A stretch of 23,996 nt of DNA from the IMG/VR virus record IMGVR_UViG_2713896899_000017. One strand, 5' to 3'. The position numbers and the translations under genes are program-made. Positions 8,284 to 17,188 of the stretch are shown here, piece after piece. Each line of letters starts with the position of its first letter. The stretch's first letter is position 1. Below the pieces are notes generated by a model. That model was given only the letters and a program-made list of their open reading frames with translations, had not been told where the DNA came from and did not search any database. The DNA comes from a virus (lineage: Duplodnaviria > Heunggongvirae > Uroviricota > Caudoviricetes).

Positions 8284-9125
8284 TGGCAACATTACTTTTA
8301 GCAGTGATTTTGGTTAGTGGTTTTATTTATGTAAACCTATCACTTTCAACAAGATACCGATATAAGCGTTCCAACGGCTGGGACGCTTATTTTTTTGTGG
8401 CTGCCTGGGGTATCGTTTTTTTTCTCCTTGGCGGTTTTTTCACCTTTATTTTGAACGTCAGCGGAGGGTTTCGTTGGCTGGCGAATGCCTTGAATCTAAC
8501 ACCTGACAGTTTTAATGGCATGTTGTCTTCATCGAAAGACAAACTTCAAAGAATAAATGAAATCAAACAGATAGCATGGGTTATGATTTCAATTGTCCTC
8601 GCTGCGATTTCAGGTTTTGGAAATAAGTTACGCACATCACGTGGAGATCGTCGCTGGGATGCCTTAGCTAAAGCTGTGGGTAATAACGCTTTCGAATCAT
8701 TACTCATGGAAGCGTCCGCAAGACAGTTTCCGATCATAGCAACTCTGTCGTCTCGCAAAATCTATGTTGGTCTTGTTACTTGTCCGGCGTTAGAAAACGG
8801 GCTTTCAGAGCACCTTGAACTTCTCCCGATGTTAAGCGGATATCGGGATAAAGATGATCTAACGATTAGTATCACGACTAACTATCACCAACATTATCTT
8901 GATAGTGGTGTGATAAGTGGAATGTCTCGGCTTAATATCGAAGATTTCCGTGTGCTCATACCAAAAGATGAGGTTGAAACAATTTCGTTTTTTGATACTG
9001 AGACATATAACAAATTTAAAGAAAATGAAGCCAGGGATAGAAAGAACTGTCGAAAGATTGGTAGTAAAAGTGCATCTTCGCGCAGCAAGCGTGCAGCAGA
9101 TGCTGAGTCAAATGATCGTGCATGA
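8283..9125 (+). CDS. Membrane protein with three predicted TM helices and a roughly 165-aa soluble C-terminal domain ending in a basic tail; unknown function
   Basis: Hydrophobic segments TLLLAVILVSGFIYVNL, YFFVAAWGIVFFLLGGFFTFILNV and IAWVMISIVLAAISGFG; translationally coupled to the upstream small ORF; followed by a rho-independent terminator. Confidence 0.6.
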   Translation: MATLLLAVILVSGFIYVNLSLSTRYRYKRSNGWDAYFFVAAWGIVFFLLGGFFTFILNVSGGFRWLANALNLTPDSFNGMLSSSKDKLQRINEIKQIAWVMISIVLAAISGFGNKLRTSRGDRRWDALAKAVGNNAFESLLMEASARQFPIIATLSSRKIYVGLVTCPALENGLSEHLELLPMLSGYRDKDDLTISITTNYHQHYLDSGVISGMSRLNIEDFRVLIPKDEVETISFFDTETYNKFKENEARDRKNCRKIGSKSASSRSKRAADAESNDRA

Positions 9126-9173
9126 CTATGCTGCATGAGAACGCATGATCGTTTGAGGATCGTTTTTGCTAAG

Positions 9174-9197
9174 GCCCGCCAGAACTGGCGGGCTTTT
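9174..9197 (+). terminator. Rho-independent terminator of the two-gene operon
   Basis: GCCCGCCAG aa CTGGCGGGC perfect 9-bp GC-rich stem followed by TTTT. Confidence 0.75.
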
Positions 9198-9242
9198 GCG
9201 TAGATCATGCAACTGCATGAAAACCACTACATAAAGTGGGCA

Positions 9243-9261
9243 GGCGTGGCGGGGATACGAG
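9243..9261. other. Candidate cos (cohesive-end) site
   Basis: GGCGTGGCGGGGATACGAG: the first 13 nt match the P2/186 19-nt cohesive end as I remember it (P2 GGCGAGGCGGGGAAAGCAC, 186 GGCGTGGCGGGGAAAGCAT). Lies between A and Q, where cos sits in P2. Confidence 0.45.
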
Positions 9262-9328
9262 CGCGCGCAACGGGTTGTCATTCAAACTCCAATGCTATAA
9301 AACTGTGTAATACAAACAACTAAAGTAG

Positions 9329-11083
9329 GTGGCCTCAGTGGAACTGCAAGCAAATGCTCGAACCTTAACAAACGTGTTATCTGTAAATAAAAAATATATA
9401 GTCCCTAGATTCCAAAGAGAATATTCTTGGGGGAAGGAACAAGTAAGTGAACTTTGGCATGATATAGTTTCCAATATTCATTACCAGGAGGATGGGCAGT
9501 ATCAATATGATGAGTATTTCATCGGTGCTCTCGTTTTGGTCGGGCAGGAAACTAGCTCTGAGCTGATGATTGTAGATGGTCAACAACGTCTTACGACTCT
9601 TACTATATTGTTATCAGCATTATGTGATAAATTTAAGTTGATAAATGAGTTGGCTGTAGCTCAATCAATATATAATAATTATATATCTGGTATGGATGAC
9701 GATGGCAGACCTTTTTTTAAATTAGTTAATGAAACTCCTAAGCCATACTTTCAAAACAACATTCAGCATATTGATAAGAGAAATGAAGGACCGGAGTCCC
9801 TTGAAGAAAGAAACTTGCAATCTTCATATAATGATTTAACTGAGTATCTTTCAGAAGATAATCTTTGCCAGACATTAGGAGTAGATAGAGAGAAATTTAT
9901 CTACTTGGAAGCGTTGAAGGCTGTGCGGGATCAAGTTCTACGGTATCTGAAAGTGATTTATATTACAGTTAATGATGAAGATGAAGCTTATACAATCTTT
10001 GAAACTCTGAATGCTAGGGGATTAAACTTAAGTTATGTAGATCTTATAAAAAACAAATTATTTAAGAAACTGAATGGCACACATCCTGATGATGATGCAA
10101 AAACTAAATGGAATAAAATTAGGCAAATAATTGCTAGTCGTAATGGTGTCGGTTCTATCGAGACATTTATCCGTCATTGGTGGGTGTCAAAATATTCTTA
10201 TGTAAGTAGTGACACTCTTTATAAAGCTTTTCTGGATAAGTGGAAAAAAGGCGACATTGATGCTTCAGCGTTCATTGATGAGCTACTTTCAGATGCCGAG
10301 ATATATGTGAAAATATCATCGCCTACAGAACAGGATTTTCCTGAACTGGAAATGAAACCAGTTTATCGAGGTTTGCAGGCATTAAGGCTGTTTAACATAT
10401 CTCAGAATAAACCATTTTTGTTATCTTTATTTAAGGCAAGAGCAAGAGGAACGCTAAAACTTGTTGATATGAATAATGCAGTGCTGTCAATTGAACGCTT
10501 TCATTTTATGTTTAATGCTATTTGTTCATTGCGACCATCAGGTATTGAAAGTGCGTATGCTAAAGCTGCTAGGGCTTTAGTGGATGAAGGTTCTACTAAA
10601 GCTAGTAATAGACAAGTAATAAAGTCTTTGCTTGAAATGTTGGTGAAGAGAAAACCAGACATTAATATGTTTGTTGAAAAGTTTGTTATGCTTAAATTTT
10701 CAAATCAAGAGTTGAAAAATAAAAGGTTGATTCAGTACATTTTTAATAGACTTGAGTTACATCACATGAAAACGGGGGAGTATATGCCTGATTCATTAAC
10801 ATTAGAGCATATTCAGCCTCAGAGTGTGGGGGATTCTGAAGTATATAGCATGATAGGAAATTTATTACCACTTTCAAAAGAATTAAATGAAAAAGCTGGA
10901 AATAAGTCTGTTGTGGATAAGCTTGAAATTTATAAACAATCACAATATGCGCTAGTTAAAATTTTTATTGATGAATTTGAAAATAAATATCAAGGAGAAT
11001 GGACGCCCGATCATATGAGGTCAAGAGCTGCTGAACTAAGTATTTTATCGTATAATTCAGTATGGAAATTGGGGCGTGAGTAA
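9329..11083 (+). CDS. DUF262/DUF1524 two-domain protein (GmrSD-like type IV, modification-dependent restriction endonuclease family)
   Basis: N-terminal DUF262 signatures (PRFQREYSWG, IVDGQQRLTTL) and C-terminal His-Me/HNH-like region (LTLEHIQPQS ... NEKAGNKSVVDK). Strongly AT-rich. GTG start at 9329 per ORF track; an AGGTGG RBS favours the in-frame GTG at 9338. Confidence 0.7.
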   Translation: MASVELQANARTLTNVLSVNKKYIVPRFQREYSWGKEQVSELWHDIVSNIHYQEDGQYQYDEYFIGALVLVGQETSSELMIVDGQQRLTTLTILLSALCDKFKLINELAVAQSIYNNYISGMDDDGRPFFKLVNETPKPYFQNNIQHIDKRNEGPESLEERNLQSSYNDLTEYLSEDNLCQTLGVDREKFIYLEALKAVRDQVLRYLKVIYITVNDEDEAYTIFETLNARGLNLSYVDLIKNKLFKKLNGTHPDDDAKTKWNKIRQIIASRNGVGSIETFIRHWWVSKYSYVSSDTLYKAFLDKWKKGDIDASAFIDELLSDAEIYVKISSPTEQDFPELEMKPVYRGLQALRLFNISQNKPFLLSLFKARARGTLKLVDMNNAVLSIERFHFMFNAICSLRPSGIESAYAKAARALVDEGSTKASNRQVIKSLLEMLVKRKPDINMFVEKFVMLKFSNQELKNKRLIQYIFNRLELHHMKTGEYMPDSLTLEHIQPQSVGDSEVYSMIGNLLPLSKELNEKAGNKSVVDKLEIYKQSQYALVKIFIDEFENKYQGEWTPDHMRSRAAELSILSYNSVWKLGRE

Positions 11084-11110
11084 ATGCCGGGGGGGGGCCC
11101 AGCATATTTA

Positions 11111-12160
11111 TCAAAAAGAATCGTTTGTGAAATTTAGGGAGTAGGCATCAAAGCGTATTGCTTCTTCGCCTAGCCAATAGTTAAGTTCTTGTAGCTGTTT
11201 CTGCAGGGGCATCAGTTCGTTGCGGACAAAAACACGACTAGCCTTCTCCACATCACCAAAGCCCCCAACATTATTAGGCATTATCCCCATCATTTGCGGC
11301 GGCACACGGTGTGCCGCCATCATGTCGTCCCGGCTCACGTTCTTGATATTCAGAAACTCATCCTTCGCCGCGACTTCTGACAACGGGATAATCTGAAGCC
11401 CGTCCTTTTTGCCGTTAGGAGAGTACATAAACAGGTTGCGGAAGTTGCCTGGCCCTTTGGCACTTTTCATTGCATTGCGGAGGTTGTTCACATCCTCCTG
11501 GTTCTGCGCGGCATCGGTCATGTACATGATGAAGCCTGCATGACTGCCGTTAATATAATACTTCCGGCGGAACAGCGTGGCGGACTCGTTGAGCAGGGCT
11601 GATGGAATGGCAGAAAGATAACTTGGCAGGCCGTAGATCTCCTGGTTGATGTCCGGTTCCATCAGATGAAAAATGCTGCCTTTCGTGAACTGATACGGCT
11701 GGGTTGTCATACCGTATTGCACAAACCAGTAGGTATCCAGGTCTAACCCGCGTCGGGTGTATTTTGCCAGAGCAGGCTCAAGGGCGATAACTTCACCGAA
11801 GCGGTTCGTGCGTTTCTCCAGGTAGGCGTTACCAAATACCAGATAGTCCTGCACAAAACGTGAAAAAGCCTGCTGGCTGAGCAGCGGGTGAGGGATGTAG
11901 GTACTGGTCAGAATGTTGCATTTCACCGCAATTGGTGAGCTGTGATGCACGGCGGCGCGGAAGGTTCGTGCCAGTCCGTCAAAGCTGACGGGCGGCTCAT
12001 ACCAGCGGTCCATCTGTACGCATTCCACATAGTCCAGCAGTTCTCGGCGGTCCAGAACAGGAACGGGATCGCCGAAGCTGAATGCTTCGGCTGTAGTCTG
12101 GCTTTTAAGCTGGATCTGTTTCGTCGCCGCAGCGCGGTTCTTCTTACTCTTTCCCATCAA
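11111..12160 (-). CDS. Q: Portal protein (P2 gpQ family)
   Basis: 349 aa, convergent on cos/accessory region, ATGA-overlapped by P upstream; P2 Q-like sequence and position. Confidence 0.85.
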   Translation of the reverse strand: MMGKSKKNRAAATKQIQLKSQTTAEAFSFGDPVPVLDRRELLDYVECVQMDRWYEPPVSFDGLARTFRAAVHHSSPIAVKCNILTSTYIPHPLLSQQAFSRFVQDYLVFGNAYLEKRTNRFGEVIALEPALAKYTRRGLDLDTYWFVQYGMTTQPYQFTKGSIFHLMEPDINQEIYGLPSYLSAIPSALLNESATLFRRKYYINGSHAGFIMYMTDAAQNQEDVNNLRNAMKSAKGPGNFRNLFMYSPNGKKDGLQIIPLSEVAAKDEFLNIKNVSRDDMMAAHRVPPQMMGIMPNNVGGFGDVEKASRVFVRNELMPLQKQLQELNYWLGEEAIRFDAYSLNFTNDSF

Positions 12161-13923
12161 AAAATCTCCACAATATTGCTGGTATTGGCGGATTCGCCCT
12201 GCAGCGGTTCGTTAAACAATGCGTGCATCGTTGCCCAGGCCAGATCGGCGTGGCTGGCTTCTTCGCTGCGGCTGGCTTCATAGGTCGGGCGGTTGCCGCT
12301 GGCGGTGGTTGCGCGACGGATTGCCATGAATGACTGCGCAATGTCGGTGTGTCCGGCGTCAAACTCCAGACGGCGGTGGCTGATAATGTCGTAGGCCTTG
12401 AGTACCAGGGCGTTTTTAACGTTGGGGTTGTAGACAAACTCCCGGACGGCTGGAAAAAACGCTTTCACGTTCTCGTAAACACCGTGGCCGACACCTGTCG
12501 AGTCGATGCCGATGTAGGTCACGTTGTACTGCTCGGTCAGTTTTTTGATGGCGTCAGCCTGGGCGCGGAAGTCCATCCCGCGCCACTGGTGACGCTCAAG
12601 AATGCGGAACTTACCACCCGGCACGGCTGGCGGTGCCACCACCACGCATCCGGCACTGTCGCCGTTCTGCGTACCTTTTGCCGGGTCATAACCGATCCAC
12701 ACTTCGCGCCAGCCAAACGGGCGCAGGGCCAGTGCATGAAAGTCGGTCCAGACTTCCCAACTGTCCACCATGCACGCTTGCAGCTCGCTGAGCGGGAACA
12801 CGGACGCGAGATCGTCCACAAACTCACACATCAGCAGGTTCTGGTATTCGTCCGGGCTGTACTCCATGCGCAACTGGTCGAGGTCGAACAGGTTACAGCC
12901 GCCCCGCACCGCATCTTCCACGGTGACTATCTGGCGGTACTGCCCGTCTGCGCACAGCAGGCCGGGGGCCAGATTGCTGTGGGACAGGTCGATGTCCACC
13001 TTATCGGCTTTGTTGCGCCCTCGGTTGAACAGCGCACCGGACCAGAACGGATAAGCACTGTGTGTCAGACTGGATGGTGTGGAAAAATAGGTCTGTCGCC
13101 ATTTTTTGTGAATAGCCATACCGGAAGCCACTTTGCGCAGCTCCTGGAATTTCGGTATCCAGAAATATTCATCCAGATACAGGTTGCCGTGGTAACTCTG
13201 GGCCGTGCGGGCATTGGTGCCGAGGAAGTAAAGCGTGGCCCCGTTAGGAAGCACCATCGGATCACCTTTCAGCTCCACCTCGACTTCTTTGGCGAAATCG
13301 ATGATGTACTGCTTAAAGACGTGAGCCTGTGCCTTACTGGCAGAAAGGAAAATCTGGTTACGTCCGGTAAGCAGGGCGTCAATTAGGGCTTCACGGGCAA
13401 AATAGAAGGTCGCGCCGATCTGGCGTGACTTTAGCAGGTTGCGGATGCGGTTGGTTTTTCCGGCTTCCCACCAGTGGCGCTGGTAGTTGAACATGGAGGA
13501 ATGGAAAATTTCTTCCAGCTTCTCAATCTGTTCATCGGTGAAAACATTCTTTTCAGGCTGACGGCGCGGGCCTTTGTTGCGGTTGGCGACGTTAGGGTTT
13601 AAGTCGGCTTCGTTGCCGCCATTGTTAAACTTGCCGATCCGCGCGTGGCGCTCAGACTGGCGCGCCAGCAGGTCAATCTCTTTGAAATCTTTCCCTTCTT
13701 TGTGTTCCTTCATAATGAGCTGGCAGTAGCGTGCGGCGGTGGTGAGCTGCATCTGATCCAGCGGCCCATAGTCACCCCACTTGTCGCGTTTTTTCCAGCT
13801 GTGAACGGTTGCAACTTTCTCGCCCAGCATTTCAGCAATGCGGGCTACGCGGTATCCCTGAAAGTACAGCAGCATGGCCTGCCGACGGGGATCGAGATCT
13901 GCGGGTGTCAGTGTGGTGTTCAT
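12157..13923 (-). CDS. P: Terminase large (ATPase) subunit (P2 gpP family)
   Basis: 588 aa, divergent from O across the late promoter region; P2 P-like. Confidence 0.85.
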   Translation of the reverse strand: MNTTLTPADLDPRRQAMLLYFQGYRVARIAEMLGEKVATVHSWKKRDKWGDYGPLDQMQLTTAARYCQLIMKEHKEGKDFKEIDLLARQSERHARIGKFNNGGNEADLNPNVANRNKGPRRQPEKNVFTDEQIEKLEEIFHSSMFNYQRHWWEAGKTNRIRNLLKSRQIGATFYFAREALIDALLTGRNQIFLSASKAQAHVFKQYIIDFAKEVEVELKGDPMVLPNGATLYFLGTNARTAQSYHGNLYLDEYFWIPKFQELRKVASGMAIHKKWRQTYFSTPSSLTHSAYPFWSGALFNRGRNKADKVDIDLSHSNLAPGLLCADGQYRQIVTVEDAVRGGCNLFDLDQLRMEYSPDEYQNLLMCEFVDDLASVFPLSELQACMVDSWEVWTDFHALALRPFGWREVWIGYDPAKGTQNGDSAGCVVVAPPAVPGGKFRILERHQWRGMDFRAQADAIKKLTEQYNVTYIGIDSTGVGHGVYENVKAFFPAVREFVYNPNVKNALVLKAYDIISHRRLEFDAGHTDIAQSFMAIRRATTASGNRPTYEASRSEEASHADLAWATMHALFNEPLQGESANTSNIVEIF

Positions 13924-13969
13924 GGCACAAACCTACAGCCTTGAATGAAGGCTTTCCCCGCCTGCGGTT

Positions 13970-13987
13970 TGTGTGGTTGTCGGTACA
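13970..13987. promoter_or_regulatory. Ogr/Delta-type activator site (TGT-N12-ACA dyad) of the P/O late promoter region
   Basis: tTGTgtggttgtcggtACAa in the P-O divergent intergenic region, about 85 nt upstream of the O start; P2-family late promoters carry this dyad upstream. Confidence 0.6.
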
Positions 13988-14065
13988 AATACCGCGCATT
14001 GTTTCACTGCCCCCATCACCGCAACCATAAGGCTCCAGTAAGTTTTTTCTAACGGAGCACGGCTC

Positions 14066-14899
14066 ATGACAGTGAAAGCAAAGCGTTTTCGCATCGGGGT
14101 GGAAGGTGCCACCACCGACGGACGCGAAATCCAGCGTGAATGGCTGGAACAGATGGCAGCCAGCTACAACCCGGCGGTGTATACCGCGCTGATTAACCTT
14201 GAGCACATCAAGTCTTATCTGCCGGACAGCACCTTTAACCGCTACGGCAAGGTGACGGCGCTGTTTGCTGAAGAAATCACGGAAGGTCCGCTGGCAGGCA
14301 AGATGGCACTGTATGCCGACGTTGAGCCAACGGAGTCCCTGGTGGAACTGGTGAAAAAAGGCCAGAAATTATTCACCTCTATGGAAGTCAGCCCGAAGTT
14401 CGCTGATACGGGCAAAGCCTACCTGGTCGGCCTGGCTGCCACTGATGACCCTGCCAGTCTGGGTACGGAAATGCTGACATTCAGCGCCAGTGCAGCCCAT
14501 AACCCACTGGCAAACCGCAAGCAGAATCCTGCCAATCTCTTTACCGCTGCAGAGGAAACGGTGATCGAACTGGAAGAAATCCAGGACGATAAACCGTCCC
14601 TGTTTGCCCGTGTCACGGCGCTGTTTACCAAAAAAGAGCAGTCCGATGACGCCCGGTTCTCTGATGTGCATAAGGCCGTGGAGCTGGTCGCCACTGAGCA
14701 GCAGAACCTGAGCGCACGCACCGAAAAATCCCTGTCTGAGCAGGAAGAACGCCTGTCTGAGCTGGAGACAGCCCTGCAGGCACAGCAAACCGCCTTTAAC
14801 GAACTGGTGGACAAGCTGAGTCATGAAGACAGCCGCCAGGACTACCGCCAGCGTGCAACAGGCGGTAACGCCCCCGTTGACACTCTGACCAATTGCTGA
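14066..14899 (+). CDS. O: Capsid scaffolding protein (P2 gpO family)
   Basis: 277 aa, first gene of the rightward late operon, GGAG RBS; P2 O-like. Confidence 0.85.
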   Translation: MTVKAKRFRIGVEGATTDGREIQREWLEQMAASYNPAVYTALINLEHIKSYLPDSTFNRYGKVTALFAEEITEGPLAGKMALYADVEPTESLVELVKKGQKLFTSMEVSPKFADTGKAYLVGLAATDDPASLGTEMLTFSASAAHNPLANRKQNPANLFTAAEETVIELEEIQDDKPSLFARVTALFTKKEQSDDARFSDVHKAVELVATEQQNLSARTEKSLSEQEERLSELETALQAQQTAFNELVDKLSHEDSRQDYRQRATGGNAPVDTLTNC

Positions 14900-14915
14900 T
14901 GGAGCACAAAACCCG

Positions 14916-15974
14916 ATGAAGAAGAATACCCGCTTTGCTTTTAACGCTTACCTGCAGCAGCTGGCGCGTCTGAACGGTGTGGCAGTTGAAGAACTGTCCA
15001 GCAAGTTCACCGTGGAGCCGTCTGTGCAGCAGACGCTGGAAGACCAGATCCAGCAGTCCGCCGCTTTCCTGACGCTGATTAATGTCACCCCGGTGACTGA
15101 GCAGTCCGGTCAGCTGCTGGGGCTGGGTGTTGGCAGCACCATTGCCGGAACCACTGACACCACCGCGAAAGAGCGTGAGCCTGTCGATCCGACGCTGATG
15201 GTCGATGTGGAATACAAATGCGAGCAGACCAACTTTGATACGGTGCTGACCTACGCGAAGCTGGACCTGTGGGCGAAATTTCAGGATTTCCAGGTGCGTA
15301 TCCGTGACGCCATCGTGAAACGTCAGGCACTGGACCGCATCATGATCGGCTTTAACGGCGTGAAGCGTGCGAAAACCTCCAACCGTAGTGAAAACCCGCT
15401 GCTGCAGGATGTGAACAAAGGCTGGCTGCAGAAAATCCGTGAGGATGCACCGGATCACGTCATGGGCAGCACCACCACAGGAGGTGAAACCACACCGGGC
15501 GCGGTGAAAGTCGGTAAAGGTGGCGAATATGCCAACCTGGACGCTGTGGTGATGGATGCCGTCAATGAGCTTATCGACGTGGTCTACCAGGACGATGACG
15601 ATCTGGTGGTGATTTGCGGTCGTGAACTGTTGTCTGACAAGTATTTCCCACTGGTCAACAAAGAGCAGGAAAACAGTGAAAAACTGGCTGCCGATATGAT
15701 CATCAGTCAGAAACGCATGGGTGGCCTGCAGGCCGTGCGTGCGCCGTTCTTCCCGCCGAATGCGCTGCTGATCACCCGTCTGGATAACCTGTCCATCTAC
15801 TGGCAGGAAGACACCCGCCGCCGTTCAGTTATCGACAACCCGAAACGTGACCGGATTGAAAACTTTGAATCCGTTAACGAAGCCTATGTGGTTGAGGACT
15901 ACCGCTGCGCCGCACTGGTGGAAAACATCCAGATTGGTGATTTCAGCGCCGCTGCAGCCGAAACCGGAGCGTAA
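14916..15974 (+). CDS. N: Major capsid protein (P2 gpN family)
   Basis: Translation (TRFAFNAYLQQLARLNGV...KFTVEPSVQQTL...DTVLTYAKLDLWAKFQDFQVRIRDAIVKRQALD...) closely matches P2 gpN as I remember it. Confidence 0.9.
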   Translation: MKKNTRFAFNAYLQQLARLNGVAVEELSSKFTVEPSVQQTLEDQIQQSAAFLTLINVTPVTEQSGQLLGLGVGSTIAGTTDTTAKEREPVDPTLMVDVEYKCEQTNFDTVLTYAKLDLWAKFQDFQVRIRDAIVKRQALDRIMIGFNGVKRAKTSNRSENPLLQDVNKGWLQKIREDAPDHVMGSTTTGGETTPGAVKVGKGGEYANLDAVVMDAVNELIDVVYQDDDDLVVICGRELLSDKYFPLVNKEQENSEKLAADMIISQKRMGGLQAVRAPFFPPNALLITRLDNLSIYWQEDTRRRSVIDNPKRDRIENFESVNEAYVVEDYRCAALVENIQIGDFSAAAAETGA

Positions 15975-15977
15975 TCC

Positions 15978-16628
15978 ATGAACCTGAGTCCCGCACGGCA
16001 GCATCGCCTGCGCGTTCAGGCTGAACAGGCCGCCCGCGAGGGCGGCAGTGTTCGCCACGCATCGGGCTATGACCTGATGCTGCTGCAACTGGCGGAAGAC
16101 CGCCGCCGTCTCAAGGGCGTTCAGTCCACGGTCAAAAAAGCGGAAATCAAGGTGGAGCTGCTGCCGAAGTACGCCGCCTGGGCAGAGGGTGTCCTGGCTG
16201 CCGGAGGCGCTCAACAGGATGACGTGCTGATGTACGTGATGCTGTGGCGCATTGATGCCGGAGATTATGCCGGAGCGCTGGAGATCGGGCGTCATGCCTT
16301 GCGTCATGGCTGGGTGATGCCGCTGGGTAACCGCAACGTGCAGACCGTGCTGGCAGAGGAAATGGCAGACGCCGCGCAGAGCGCAATGCTTGCCGCCACC
16401 GGCTTTGATGCCGATCTGTTGTTGCAGACGCTGGAGCTGACAGACGGTATGGATATGCCGGACCAGTCACGGGCGCGTCTGCATAAAGCGATTGGCGCTG
16501 TCCTGAGTGAAAACAATCCGGCGTCCGCCCTTAATCATCTCAACCATGCGTTACAGCTCGATCCCCGCTGTGGCGTGAAAAAAGACAAACAGCAGCTGGA
16601 GCGCAGACTGCGCAATGACAGCCGCTGA
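15978..16628 (+). CDS. M: Terminase small/endonuclease subunit (P2 gpM family)
   Basis: 216 aa immediately after N; P2 M-like. Confidence 0.8.
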   Translation: MNLSPARQHRLRVQAEQAAREGGSVRHASGYDLMLLQLAEDRRRLKGVQSTVKKAEIKVELLPKYAAWAEGVLAAGGAQQDDVLMYVMLWRIDAGDYAGALEIGRHALRHGWVMPLGNRNVQTVLAEEMADAAQSAMLAATGFDADLLLQTLELTDGMDMPDQSRARLHKAIGAVLSENNPASALNHLNHALQLDPRCGVKKDKQQLERRLRNDSR

Positions 16629-16723
16629 CAGAACGTGCCCCCGCGCACGGGCGGCACGGGGTGGCGAAAGGCACTGCCACATCAAAACCCCGTCCACCGC
16701 CCTCTATTTCAGGAGAAAGCAGC

Positions 16724-17188
16724 ATGAAGTTTGTTGCGCCAGAACAGGCACCGGAACAGGCGGAAATCATCAGGAATACGCCGTTCTGGCCTGATGTGGA
16801 CCTGTCGGAGTTTCGCAGTGTCATGCGCACTGACGGCACTGTGACGCAGCCGCGTTTAAAGCAGGTTGCGCTGTCGGCAATTTCGGAGGTCAACGCAGAG
16901 CTGTATGAGTTTCGCAGACGTCAGCAGATGCTGGGGTATGCGTCGCTGGCTGAGGTTCCGGCGGAACAGCTGGACGGCAAAAGTGAGCGCATCCAGCACT
17001 ATTTCAACGCGGTTTACTGCTGGGCACGCGCCATGCTCAACGAACGATACCAGGACTATGACGCCACGGCATCCGGTGTGAAGCGAGGCGAGGAACTGGC
17101 GGAATCCAGCGGTGATTTGTGGCGTGACGCCCGCTGGGCCATCAGCCGGGTGCAGGATGCGCCGCACTGCACAGTGGAGCTTATCTGA
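16724..17188 (+). CDS. L: Head completion/stabilisation protein (P2 gpL family)
   Basis: AGGAGAAAG RBS, ATG at 16724; 154 aa; position after M. Confidence 0.8.
   Translation: MKFVAPEQAPEQAEIIRNTPFWPDVDLSEFRSVMRTDGTVTQPRLKQVALSAISEVNAELYEFRRRQQMLGYASLAEVPAEQLDGKSERIQHYFNAVYCWARAMLNERYQDYDATASGVKRGEELAESSGDLWRDARWAISRVQDAPHCTVELI

Noticed and set aside
12349-13386. 345-aa plus-strand ORF antisense to terminase gene P
   Set aside because: Lies entirely inside the well-supported P2 gpP-like gene on the opposite strand; a long antisense open frame in GC-rich coding DNA, with no RBS and no recognisable protein features.
14796-15458. 220-aa minus-strand ORF overlapping capsid genes O/N
   Set aside because: Antisense to the capsid gene N, whose translation closely matches P2 gpN; shadow ORF.
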